Shown: piece by piece, positions 22,650 through 34,984 of the stretch | How positions within the stretch are numbered: the stretch's first letter is position 1 | How the letters are laid out: each line of letters begins with the position of its first letter | Assembly: GCF_001194135.2 (NCBI RefSeq) | Contig: NC_068981.1 | Location: forward strand, 85,852,564-85,893,776 | Length of the DNA: 41,213 nucleotides | Direction of reading: 5' to 3' | Source of the DNA: Octopus bimaculoides | Taxonomy: Eukaryota | Translations under genes and position numbers: made by a program | The notes under the pieces: generated by a model | What the model was told of the DNA's origin: nothing | Database searches by the model: none | Seen by the model: only the letters and a program-made list of their open reading frames with translations

Positions 22650-24350
22650 CTCCATGCTGGCATGTATTTGAAAATGTCTGCTGTGCAGCATGTCATTATT
22701 GCTGTTCTTTTATCTTATCTGTGAGGCCCAGCTTCCTGGTATCAACACTTTGCCTAATATTTCTTTTTTTGGTCTTCACATAGCATAAGTACTTTCCACT
22801 GGTAGCATTCACCCATCACTTATATTACTTATTTGTATCTCTGGCTTCGATGCTTGGCCACTCGCTCATTTCACTTGTGTTCTGCTTTTCATACAAATAA
22901 CCATCACATTTCTAAAGGATCAGGCTTAACGTTTTCCAGTTTCAACAGACTTCAAATTTATTATATTGATATCTCACTGTTCCTTCTCTTCTAAGCTAGA
23001 AGATACTTCAGGCCCCACAATTATTGATACTCTACAAAGCTTCGCTAAGGCTCACAGTGGAGCTATGTTCTGACATGTTGAGCAGTGCCATTACTGCATG
23101 TACAGACATCCTAGGCAACACTTAGAAAAGAGCCACCCAGCTGATTAGTAGAATGTCACACACTACAGTCTCAACCCTACAAGCATGTTGTCTCTTTTCT
23201 CTGCCTTTTCCACCACTATTGTGGCCTTTGCTCTTTGGAACTAGCTGGAATCCTGCAGCCTCCACTCAGGTACTTCAGTCTAACTCACTAACACCCTGCC
23301 CTGTTACTAATCATTTTGCCCTGTCCTTCCTTCCTAGAACATCTTCCCCCTGGAATTTCCTTTCTGCCTATGTTTCCTGCAGGTGTTCAGTTCCAAAGGT
23401 TCAAGAGGCAGATTAATGACTTAAATCTCACTGGACAAGGAAGACCTGCAAAGGTTATGTGCACTATCCCTTCTTCCAACCTAACAAGTTAAAAACAAAA
23501 AAAAGTCATGCAGTGTCACTAAGAGTTTGTCCTCAGCATTAATAGAGAAACATTTTGTTGCCAACAGCTTCTTAAACTGATTCCACTCTTTCTTTACACT
23601 AGCAGCTATACTTTCATTACAGTCACTGCATGTACTAATTAGGTTGTATAATTAATAGAAACCTGCAATGTCTTAAGCCATATGAGCATTTCATTTACCT
23701 CTTCTTCATGGCTGTTTCTGCTATTTACCATTTTTGTACATTGCTTGCATCCTTTGTCTAGCCATAGCTTGCAGCAAATACACTGTGTTGAATTCATACT
23801 GACTCTTCTCCTGCCCATCAAGTAAGGCCACTTTCTAAAAGGTACTAAGAGTTCTTTCCTCTGTTACTAACTATTACTTTGGGCTTTTGCTATCTAGATC
23901 ATACTTTGAAATTTAGAACTTTTTCTGAAATATTTTGATTTCTGTTGTTGCGGAAACAATTATTAGCTGAAGATGAAAAACACATACATGAAATTCTTCT
24001 CTGAACTCACTTTTATCCATAATCATACTAATAGCACCATGCTGTATAATTTAAGCTTTTAAGGCCATTTACCTACATCCAACTTTCTTTAGTGTCCATC
24101 AGACTGCTGATCAATTGGACCCTGTTTAGTAAGCCCTTCTTCAGAGAGACAGAAGCTAAATTCAGTGGTTTATTAGTTACAAACTTCTCTTAAAGTTGTA
24201 TTACTAGAAATGTAGGTTTTGTGGTTATATGTCTTAATACAAACCCAAACTTCATCTAATTGATTTCTGAATCTGTTTTTCTAAAACACTTCAAGCACTC
24301 TAAAATCGTAGGTCATCAGTTTGAGGTCTCTGTAATTGGCCCTCTTCAGG
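22650..24350 (-). mobile_element. Old RTE-type LINE relic, same lineage as 29160-30958
   Basis: Manual minus-strand reading gives KPLNLASVSLKK (cf. KPLYLAFVDMEK), EFREEFHV, NSTQCICCKLWLDKGC (cf. NSIRCTQCKLWTHKRC), CNESIAASVKKEWNQFKKLLATKCFS and DTRKLGLT, in collinear order. Boundaries are approximate. Confidence 0.6.
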
Positions 24351-24587
24351 AAATTTTGTTTTACCCTTATAAAACTTGATTAAGTTAGTGATTAATTAAC
24401 ATTAATGTCTTTTGACAATATTTGATTATGGAAGCAAGTAACTTGATTGTGTTTAGCTTGTGAACAGTTATCCTTGATGGTCTTGATGCTTTTCTGTTTT
24501 CAATACTTTTATAGCTTTTCTAACTGTACTGAACTGTACCTTAATAATCAGCTACTATATTTCTTACTCTTGTGGAAGTATCTTACT

Positions 24588-24760
24588 CATCATCATCATA
24601 ATTTGATGTCTGTTTTCCATGCTGGCATGGGTTGAGTGGTTTGACTGAAAACTGGTAAGCTGGGGAGCTGCACCAGATTTCAGTCTGATTTGGCATGGTT
24701 TCTACAGCTGGATGCCCTTCCTAATGCTAGCCACTCCTAGAGTGTAGTGGGTGCTTTTTA
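24588..24760 (-). mobile_element. RTE-like 3' tail fragment ((TGA)n tail)
   Basis: catcatcatcat...ttttccatgctggcatgggttg...cagctggatgcccttcctaatg. Same motif series as 25781 and 40435. Confidence 0.7.
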
Positions 24761-25104
24761 GTCTTTCCTTGATATTCTACAATATCTCAGTACATGTAGC
24801 CCACTTTTCACTATCAGTGAGGGTAAGTTCACTATTGTTGTTTCAGGTTCACTTCCTGATTAGCATCCTAGTTCATACAAACACACTGTCCTGCACTTTA
24901 AAATACTTCACATTCATCATCCTTTGGGCACTGATCATTTGCAAACCTCTTACTCCCATCATCTACTCTGCTGACTTGTGAAGTGTATTTTACTTAAATT
25001 ATAATTTTATATAAGTGGACCAACCATACTTTAATTTTTTTTCTTTTTCAATTTTACTGTGTACCTGCATTTGCTTTATATATCACTCCCTTCCTGAAAT
25101 AACA

Positions 25105-25470
25105 CTAGTAGGACCCGTGAATATTTCACAGAATTAATGGTAAACCTATTAGGTTATTTCTGAAAACTTTATCCAAGAAACCTGTAAGTGTAGCCTGTGT
25201 TGTGTCTGTATGGAAAGATAGTCTCTCATCTGCTACTCATTGAAAAGTGAAAGAAATTGAAATATGATGATTACTTAATGCACATTATATACTTTATGCA
25301 CAATTTTATAGACTTAATACACAACCCTCATAAAATATTCATTTTTATTTTCCCATTTTTCCCAGAAACAAAAAAAAAAATCGCTGTACGTATGGTACAA
25401 CCTTTAGTTAAATTGCATATATCTGCCACATAAATAAGCTTTAATATTTCACGGAATTACTCTTACGCAT
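25105..25470 (-). mobile_element. Non-autonomous Helitron, 3' portion
   Basis: CTAG at 25105-25108 next to the hairpin ccgtgaatatttcacag. Shares 25396-25439 with 4622-4665. Confidence 0.55.
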
Positions 25471-25780
25471 TAGGATGAAGAACACTCTTTGAAACTATGT
25501 TAGTTGACACTTTCCTGTACTCTCAATCCTTAGTCTTATCTTTATCTTAGTCTTGCAGGGCCATGAAGAGAAATCAGAAGCAATTATTGTATTGCTAGAA
25601 TCAGTTTATAAAATTGTGCTGATTCTGTTTCAGTGTAAATTGTAAAATAATGCATAAATATTTCCTCTTTCACAAATATTAATTTCACAAATTTTTTTCG
25701 CTGAAAATAAATCACATTTAAAGTTTTCTATGAAGGAAAATCTAGTGAATGGAATTTTGTTTCTAGAACAAGGTGTTAGT

Positions 25781-26175
25781 CATCATCATTATCGTTTAAC
25801 GTCCGCTTTCCATGCTAGCATGGGTTGGACGATTTGACTGAGGACTGGTGAACCAGGTGGCTACACCAGGCTTCAATCTGATTTGGCAGAGTTTCTANNN
25901 NNNNNNNNNNNNNNNNNNNNNNNNNNNNNNNNNNNNNNNNNNNNNNNNNNNNNNNNNNNNNNNNNNNNNNNNNNNNNNNNNNNNNNNNNNNNNNNNNNNN
26001 NNNNNNNNNNNNNNNNNNNNNNNNNNNNNNNNNNNNNNNNNNNNNNNNNNNNNNNNNNNNNNNNNNNNNNNNNNNNNNNNNNNNNNNNNNNNNNNNNNNN
26101 NNNNNNNNNNNNNNNNNNNNTAGGCACAATGCCATCACGATTTCGCTTTCGCTTGCTCCAACAGGTCTTTGCAAA
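25781..26175 (-). mobile_element. RTE 3'UTR/tail fragment spanning an N-gap
   Basis: catcatcatt...gtccgctttccatgctagcatgggttggac tail. The post-gap gatttcgctttcgcttgctccaacaggtctt matches 29478-29510. Confidence 0.75.
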
Positions 26176-26429
26176 CCGAGTTTCGTGTCCGTCAAGTTGC
26201 TTTAAATGTTCAGTTTTTTTAGTTTTTTGATTTTGGCGAACTTCAGATTTTAGAACTGGCAAACAAAGATATTCCTGATTTTCTTTTACAGTATTTTTAT
26301 GGTTTGTTTTTATATCCTTTTACTTTATTAGCCTTTTGATAAAAAACATCTTTTAACTTAAGTTTTGTCTTATCTTTAATTGTTTGTAACTTTTTTTAAC
26401 AAATAATCTAATGAAACCACAACTACAGA

Positions 26430-27240
26430 GCTATTGCTTTTTAAATCCAGACTTGAACCTGGTTAGCATGCTAAAATGTAGCCTGTTGATTCCACATTGT
26501 CTGTGTATGTTGTGTATGATTTCTAGTAATATAAGAAATATATGATTAGTTAAATAACAAGTAAAGGAGTTAAAGTTCAGTGATTCCATAACTTTAGGAA
26601 CTGAAGATTTTGTGTACTGACTCCACAGCCTTGCAACTGTATCCCTAATTTTAACATTCGCATCTATTGAACAACTCTCGCATATTATTCTCTCATTATA
26701 GGCTGTTATTAATTTCCCATTTGGTGATGAGTGTCTGCTCTGATAGTCATCAGAGATCATATCTTCTGTACAATGCAGTCAACTAAAGAAGTGATCTGAT
26801 CTATCATGGTATTTTTAGTATTTCAGTTAATAGTTTTTGTGGTGGCCACATCCATCTATCTTCTGTACTCTATAAGTTCTCTGTTTACTTAGTCCATGTG
26901 AACATTTGCTAAAGTTAAGTGTAAGCTGACCTTATCTCTTTCCATACTCTCCTTTCTTTGATTCCATGTTTTTCCTCCTTTTACTACATTAAACCTTATC
27001 ACACATATCTTTAATTAACATTAGGAGATTCCTTCTAGAAATATGTTTTGTGTTTATAACTATTTTCTGTCTCTTCCTGTTCAGAACAAAGTTTATCTAG
27101 TTCTTAGCTTTTCTTAACTATTGCTAAACCAGTCTACTAGTTTCTTTTGAAGTCATAATCTCCAAGAGCACTAATGAGCATGGAGGTAAAAGAGTGCATT
27201 TGTTGTTACATCTCTCTACATGTCCAGTACTTGCTCTTTC
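26430..27240 (-). pseudogene. Highly degenerate non-LTR RT C-terminal relic, possibly R4/Dong-like
   Basis: LTLNFSKC, NGKLITAYNERII and IHRQCGINRLHF loosely fit the post-RT motifs of R4/Dong-type ORFs. Clade call is weak. Confidence 0.3.
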
Positions 27241-27289
27241 ACTTGCTTGATAATATTCTATCCATTCATCTGCAAAGCTCATAGGAAGG

Positions 27290-28300
27290 GAACTCTCGGA
27301 TGCACTCCCCAGAGGGTCTTATTAGAAGCAGCCATCAACAAATGTTCCTACTGGATACCAAGAGAGATCCCCAAGGCTTGACTGTTTTCCTACTATCTTA
27401 CTCACAGCCTACTCCCATGTCTCCTGCCTTTTGATGTTGCTGTTAAATCCGTATAGTGTGAATATTTGGTCACCCGCACTTTGTTGAGGATGAAAGCTAT
27501 GCTGCTTGTCAGCTAACTTGCACTTGTCAGTGTCCCTACATCGCTTTTCCAGACACCTAGTGTAGACTTCACTGGGGAGGCTTAACAAGGAGCTTCCTCT
27601 ATTATTAAAGCACTCATGTTTTCCTTTTTAAAAATTGTGATTATCACTCTTAATTGCCATTGATTTGATGCATCTCCAGAAGGCCAGGCTACTTGGCATA
27701 CATGGGTAAGCCAGAGAATACATTCTCTCTTAACATCTCTGGCCAAATTGCATTCTCCCCAGTATCCATCTCACTTTTGATTGCTTTAATTACTCTTATG
27801 ACTTCAACATTTGTGAGGGTAGTCTTTGGCTTCAAATGCACTTTGTGTACACCTGAAAGTGTTATGATCTGATATTGGAGCTGGGCAAAGAATTCTCTTC
27901 ATCTCCTGAAGATGCACTTTTCAACAGAGGGAAGAAATACAATGACTTCCTAATGTCTTGTATGGAGGGGGCTTACGTAGCTGGCAGATCGTCTGCCAGA
28001 ATACCTTATTTGTTGCCTGAAAGTCAGATTCCACCTTAACCTCCAAATCTTGTGACTTAGCTTTGGATGTCTTTATTGTCTTTACATAGAGGAAGACTTG
28101 TTTTCAAGCCAAGCTCACTACCTTTTTTTGGTGGTGGTGGGTGGATGGGCAGGGGCGGGGGCTGATAAACAACACCTTTAACTTCCTTGTTATGACAAGA
28201 GTTCTCCTGCATCATGGTGCAACATCGAGCTACTTTTGTCCTCACCATTGAACACTGAAGAAGAAACTGCTGAATGACCTCTACTTCATTTCAGTATCCT
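27290..28300 (-). mobile_element. Degenerate RTE (Expander/Rex3-like) LINE RT fragment
   Basis: WLTHVCQVAW...WQLRVIITIFKK / ECFNNRGSSLLSLPSEVYTRCLEKRCR...LADKQHSFHPQQSAGDQIFTL...FVD...LWGV. The upper boundary is approximate. Confidence 0.7.
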
Positions 28301-28384
28301 CAGTTTGTTGAGGAAGTTCTCTGAATTTGGATGCAGCAATGTCTGTCAAGTTAATGGTGTGGGCTGATATTCTTGTTTGAGGAA

Positions 28385-28437
<53 letters not shown>

Positions 28438-29159
28438 TTGTGATCGATACATTACTTATCAATTATTCCGAGATCAATTTTATCATTCGCCTTAATTACA
28501 TGACTTAAAGTGATATCTTGTTTTTATTTCAATTAAGACAATTAGACTATTGGCATGTTTTGTTTTAATCTCCTATTACCAGCAATCTGCAGTTAATGAG
28601 AAGAAGCAGTATTGTAATGAACTTCATTGCAGTCATAAAAGATCTTTACTAGCTCTATCTGATGTTATTTTTGGAAGTCTCAAAATCTACTTAATTCATG
28701 TCATTGCATTTGAAAAAAGTATTCATTATTTTCTTCAATATTTCTTTGTCTATGTTAGATGGGGACTTATTTAAGGTGTTACCAACTCTTACCTGTTTTT
28801 CACGGAAGGGATTTGTTAGTCCACAGGTCTTTAAAAGTGTAGAGCAATGGGTTATAATGCCAAGCCATGAAATATCAGCATTTGTGCATGTTCACATACA
28901 CACATTTTCCTTGGTGAGTCTAAAATAGATCTGTCAATTCTTTTATATGCTGATTGAAAGTCAGATCTCAGATTAATCCCCAAAACATCCCTTGAATCAG
29001 CTTTGGGTATCTTTACTGTCTATGCACTGCAGGTGCAAAAAAGAAATCTTTCCAAGCTAAGCTCTGTTAAGCCCTGTTTGCTTTCCTACCACATGGTTCT
29101 GGTCCCAATGTGTGGCACCTTGGGCAAGTGTCTTCTACTACAACTCAGCTGACCAATTC

Positions 29160-30958
29160 CAAAATGGGTGCTTTTACATGCTACTGGCATGAGGGCCAGT
29201 CAGGCAGTACTGGCAACGGCCATGCTCAAATGGTGTTTTTTACGTGTCAGCTGCACAGGAGCCAGTCCAGTGGCACTGGCAATGACCTCGCTTGAATGCT
29301 TTTTCAAGTGCCACTGGCACAATTGGCTGTAAGGCGACACTGGTAATGATCACACTCGAATGGTGCTTTTTATGTGCCACCAGCACAGAAGCCAGACAGC
29401 TGCTCTGGCAACGATCCTGCTTGGATGGTGCTATTAGCGCTCCACTGGCACGGGTGCCAGTCATCTAATTTGATTCGATTTCGATTTCACTTGCCTCAAC
29501 AGGTCTTCGCAAGCAGAGTTTTGTGTCCAATGAAGGAAGGTATGCATAAGTGGGCTGGTTACACCCATGGCATAGGCCACGGGTTATGGTCTCACTTGGC
29601 TTGCTGGGTCTTCTCATGCACTGCATATTTCCAAAGGTCTTGGTCACTAGTCATTGCTTCGGTGAAGCCTAATGTTCGAAGGTTGTGCTTCACCTACCTC
29701 TTCCACAAGTTCCCTCAACCGCTAGGGTGTGGCACTTTTTCACACAGCTATCCTCATCCATTCTTGCCACATGACCATACCAGCGCAGTCGTCTTTCTTG
29801 CACACCTCATCTGATGCTTCTTAGGTCTAACTTTTCTCTCAAGGTACTTACACTCTGTCGAGTATGCACACTGACATTACACATCCAGCGGAGCATACAG
29901 GCTTCATTCTTTACAAGCTTACACATGTCCTCAGCAGTCACGGCCCATGTTTCACTGCCATGTAGCATGGCTGTTTGTACACATGCATCTTACAGTCTAC
30001 CTTTTACTCTGAGCTAGAAGCCCTTTGTCACCAGCAGAGGTAAGAGCTCTCTGAACTTTGCCCAGGCTATTCTTATTCTAGCAGCTACACTTTCAGTGCA
30101 CCCTCCACTGCTACTGACTTGGTCACCTAGGTAACGGAAGCTATCAACTACTTCTAGTTTTTCTCCCTGGAATGTGGCAGAAGTTGTTCTCTGCACATTT
30201 TCAGTTTTTATTGCTCCTGAGCATCTGCCACATACAAAAACTACCTTTCCACTTAGCCTTCCTTTGATATTGCTGCACCTCTTATGTGTCCATAGCTTAC
30301 ACTGGGTACATCTTATAGAGTTTCTACCTACGCCTTTTCTACAGATCGAGCAGGTCCATCTAGCTGAAGGGATTTGTGGTTTGTCTGCCTTACTACTTAT
30401 TAGGACTTTGGTTTTAGCTAGGTTGACTCTAAGGCCCTTCGATTCTAATCCTTGCTTCCACACCTGAAACTTCTCCTCTAATTCTGATAGTGACTCAGCA
30501 ATTAGAGCAAGGTCGTCAGCATAGAGAAGCTCCCAGGGGCATCCTGTCTTGAATTTCTCTGTTATTGCCTGGAGGACTATGATAAATACGAGGGGGCTGA
30601 GGACGGATCCTTGGTGAACCCCTACCTCTACCTGGAATTCTTCACTGTCCTCGTTGCCAACCCTCACCTTACTGACAGTGTCCCTGTACATGGCTTGCTC
30701 AGCTCTCACTAACCATTCATCTATCCCAAGTTTCCTCATTGACCACCAGATAAAGGATCGGGGGACCCTGTCAAAGGCTTTCTCCATGTCAACAAAAGCC
30801 AAATACAGAGGTTTATCTTTGGCTAGGTATTTCTCCTGCAGCTGTCTTACCAAAAATATAGCATCAGTGGTGCTTTTCCCTCTAACGAACCCAAACTGCA
30901 TCTCATATAAACTGAATCTCTTCCTAATTAGTTGGGCTATGACCCTCTCTGTGACCTT
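29160..30958 (-). mobile_element. 5'-truncated RTE-type LINE: RT, C-terminal domain and 3'UTR
   Basis: ORF 30014-30901 with QFGFVRGKSTTDAIF, AFVDMEKAFDRVP, GVHQGSVLSP, LLYADD (YADD at 30523-30512) and FRYLG. In-frame stops downstream (TAG, TAA, TGA) show it is inactivated. Confidence 0.93.
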
Positions 30959-31208
30959 CAGCTGCAGGAGAAATACCTAGCCAAAGATAAACCTCTGTAT
31001 CTGGCTTTCATTAACATGGAGAAAGCCTTTGACAGGGTCCCCCGATCCCTTTTCTGGTGGTCAATGAGGAAACTAGGGATAGATGAATGGTTAGTGAGAG
31101 CTGTGCAAGCCATGTGCAGGGACGCTGTCAGTAAGGTGAGGGTTGGCAATGAGTACAGTGAAGAATTCTGGGTAGAGGTAGGGGTCCACCAAGATTCAGT
31201 CCTCAGCC
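30959..31208 (+). mobile_element. Inverted duplicate of RT segment 30595-30844
   Basis: 250-bp arms with 18 mismatches by hand count (~93% identity) and a 114-bp spacer. Confidence 0.9.
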
Positions 31209-32266
31209 TCTTCCTATATTTATTTGTTATTAACATCTACTTTTTCATGCTCACATAAGTTAGACAGAATTTTTCGAGGTGGATTTTCTATGACTGGATC
31301 CCCTTCTTCTTGTCAACCCATACCTGTTTCCATGTATAACATGTTATATATTTATAATCTATATCCTATATACTAGTATCCTCTTATATATTATGCTTTA
31401 GGTTATATATATAAATGTGTACATATCATGTGTATCCTCGTTTTAGAAAAGTTATACCATATCCCTGTGCATTGTAAGAAATATAAAATAGGTTGGTGAC
31501 AGCATAGGAATCCTGCTGTAAAACTGAGAAAATTCATCACCATGGAAAAGGAGACATAAAATGCAGTTGATGATGTTGATGGAAATTACATATTGAGTTA
31601 AACTACAAAAGAATTATTTCCCACATTGACACAAAACAACAAATTGTAAAGGAAATGCATTTATTATACACAGTTGGTACTTATTTTCTCTACTGCAGAT
31701 GTCAAAGTCAACCCTGGTGAGAGTTGAACTCAGAACACAAAGGAATATATCTACTGAATAAAGTAGGACATTGTGTCCAGCTGTTTCATTATCTTACAGA
31801 CTAGACTGATTTTTAACAAAAGGCCAAGGCCAAATATACCTCGGGAAGAAGTGGAATGGATTTTATTAATTCAGTACATGAGTGGTACTCATTTAACCAA
31901 CTTCAGAGGGGCTAAAATGTACAAACTAAAATAATGTAATAACTTCTAGCAAGAATTTTCATCTTAGAGGTTTTATTATTTTCCTGTTAGCAGGAAAAAA
32001 GTGGGATTGGTCTGATTAGTTGTGTTTTCTTACAATGAGGTATGGCTGTGTAATTAAGCCTTTAGCATTCAGATTTCTTTGTCAGATGTATTGCTTATTT
32101 ATTCACACTGTTTTGAATTAATCACATATTATCTTGTAGCTTCAAGATTCCAATGGTGTGTTTGTATATTTTTAGAATGACATTGTAGGTTATGTGTGAG
32201 AAGTTTGATCTGGTCTGCTTTAACATAGAGCAGGTTGAATATTTGGGCAGGATGTGGCCGGATTAA

Positions 32267-32927
32267 ATGCTGTTTGCTGCCCAACCATGTGGTTTCAAGA
32301 TCTGTCCCACTAAGCACTTTGGGCAAGTATCTTCTGCAATATCCCTGGGCCAACCAAAGCCTTATGAGTGCATTTGGTTGATGGAAATTGAAGAAAACTT
32401 GTTTTATGTGTACATGTGTTTTTGTGTGAGTGATTTTGTATTTCTCTTGTTGCTTTCTGATTGTAAACAATGGTTTCATGAGTGATCTCATTTGCTTACT
32501 GTCCACTATGAAAGCATGTCGTAGGTTCTTGACATATCTTGACAAGTTGTATGACCTTTGTAAACAGAATGCAGGTTTCAATGTCATTTGTTGCCAGTTC
32601 TCCATGTAAGCCAAGCTGGCCTGTTAGATTATTTCACTTGGGAATTTGACAGAAAGGGCATCAAGCCTTAGAAAATTCTACCTTGACATACTCTTGTCTG
32701 GAAATGTAGACATTAAAATGATTGTGACCTCGCCTGTACTGGTGCCACATAAAACGCACTCATTGCACTCTGCGGGGTGGTTGGGGTTAGGAAGGGCAAC
32801 CAGCTGTAAAAACCATGTCAAAACAGACACAGTAGCCTGGTGTAGTCTTCTACCTCGCTGGCTCCTGTCAAACCTTTTAACACATGCCAGCATGGAAGAT
32901 GGACATTAAATGATGATGATGATGATA
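32267..32927 (+). mobile_element. Old SINE with family-A-like head and RTE-like tail, followed by a second RTE-tail fragment ending (tga)n
   Basis: ctttgggcaagtatcttc...gggccaaccaaagccttatgagtgcatttgg head. Tails ggaaatgtagacattaaaatgat (~32725) and ccagcatggaagatggacattaaatgatgatgatgatgat (~32927). Confidence 0.6.
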
Positions 32928-33069
32928 TTTATAGTAGGAATTAAGAGAAATACCTGTATAAATATTTAGTTCCTAAGTAGGCTTTACATTGGTGAAGGGA
33001 TAATGATAATCTATGTGGAGCTCCTACTCATACAGTAGTAGTTGTATATTTAACTCTACACACAATATA

Positions 33070-33300
33070 TCTAGTATATATAAATCACAGTATGTGTGTG
33101 TATAATGACTAACACATACATTTCCACAGTTCTCAACCGATTTTCATCAAACTTTACACACACATTACTTATCTCCCAAGGATGGTCATGTACTATAACA
33201 TTTTGCCCAGAACTCCTGCGTAAATGGACATAGTTTTCTGCATGTAGGGTCTTCCATACTTTTTTAATCTTTTATAAAAGTGAAAGGGTCTAGTCTCTTT
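33070..33300 (+). mobile_element. Possible non-autonomous Helitron-like 5' end
   Basis: A|TCTAGTATATATAAA start, (tg)n and ccgattttcatcaaacttt. No matching 3' end found. Confidence 0.3.
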
Positions 33301-34219
33301 ATTTCCACTGTCCACCTGCCACGATGATTAAATTGACTAGGAACACTGTTTGTGATGAATATCCAATACCAAACAATCTTAATCTCCATATTTAAACTGC
33401 ATTCAACTTTGGCAAACTTACCTTTACCTATTATGAATTACTTGAAAGGTAGTGTTCCCTTCTCTCTCTCCTATTTGTTGATACCTTTCTTCAAATACCA
33501 ATGCGTTGTTTCACTTTAAGGATTTTTATTTACTCATCCATTATGATATTTCGACTATTGTCTATTGTTTCAAATACGTTTTAGTATTGTCGTTCTAGCC
33601 TTCTTTAAACAATCACATATCAATCAACCTTTAAATAAGAGTTTTGCTTCCACTAGTGAAAGCTATACATATCTTTCAGAAAGCTCCATATCATTTTAAC
33701 TTTATGCAGCATTCACTGTTAGTTTATGCACAAGTTATGTGGGGAGACAGAATAAAGGGGCTTTTGTTCGCTTATCTCTCCAAAAAAAGTAGCTCCCATT
33801 GCTGTTGAAAAAAATAAACTTGCAGAGGGGAAGTTTCAACGTCTTCCTTCAATTTCATTACTCCATTTATTGTGGCTGTTTCTGACAAGAAATTTCACTT
33901 TCATGTAAAACAACTACATTTTGTAGTCATTAACCGTTGTTGACTCCCAAAACACTTCAGTAGCTCTACTTTACATCGCTTGCAAACTTTGTATGTTCTA
34001 TGATCATTAAAGTGCAACGACCTCCACAATAACTGGCCTTCAATTTGATTTTCCGTTCCTAGGTTAATCGGAAATGTAGATTGCTGTGTGACTCATAAAC
34101 CTTCTTGGTAGTTCAATTATTTCATGAAAAAAATACCACCAAAGCAACTTAAACTGTTCAAAGGACAGGTGTGTTTGCTAGTATGCTTAAGTATGCGATG
34201 GACATGCTACCTACTGCGT

Positions 34220-34258
<39 letters not shown>

Positions 34259-34259
<1 letters not shown>

Positions 34260-34305
34260 TCCAACCCATGCTAGCATGGAAAGCGGACGTTAAATGATGG
34301 TGATA
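34259..34305 (+). mobile_element. Tail-only RTE-type insertion within (TA)n
   Basis: 34259-34294 is the exact reverse complement of 25795-25830. Confidence 0.75.
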
Positions 34306-34984
34306 TATATATGTGTGTGTGTATAATATATACATGTGTGTGTGTGTATCTTACGTTGACTCAGACCCTTGACTCCTTGATGGAGTTGTAAGGGCACTGC
34401 TGTGACAAATGGTAAGTCTTAGGCATTTGTAGACCTGACAGGAACCAGCCAGGTAGAAAACTACCCTAGGCTACTGTGTCTGTTTTGACAAGATTTTTAC
34501 AGCTGGATGCCCTTACTTACACCAACCACTCTGCAGGGTGGACTCAGTGCTTTTTACTTGGCACTAGCGCAGACAAGGTTAGATTTGGCACAATTTTTAT
34601 GGCTGGATGCCCTTCCAAATACTAACCACTTTACAGTGTGGACTGAATGCTTTTTACATGGCCCCAGCACTGGATGGGTCACTAAGTAACTCACAAGACA
34701 AGGAACTTTGAGGAGGGGAACTCATGTCAGAGGATGAAAGGTTAACCTGTGACATAGAGACAGAGAGGCAGAAACAAGTGTCTTGTTATAATGGAGGGGG
34801 TGTTGTAGGAGGTGATCTAGTATCAGGTGATGAAAGGTCAGAGTGTGACAGAAATAGAGAGGTAGAAATAGGTGTCTTGCTATAGAGGAGGTACATGGTT
34901 ACCCAGTGAGAGAGGAGGAGAGAGAGGTACAAGAAAGATGACAAAAACAGGTGTGCTGATGTAAAGTAGATAGAGAAAATAAAT

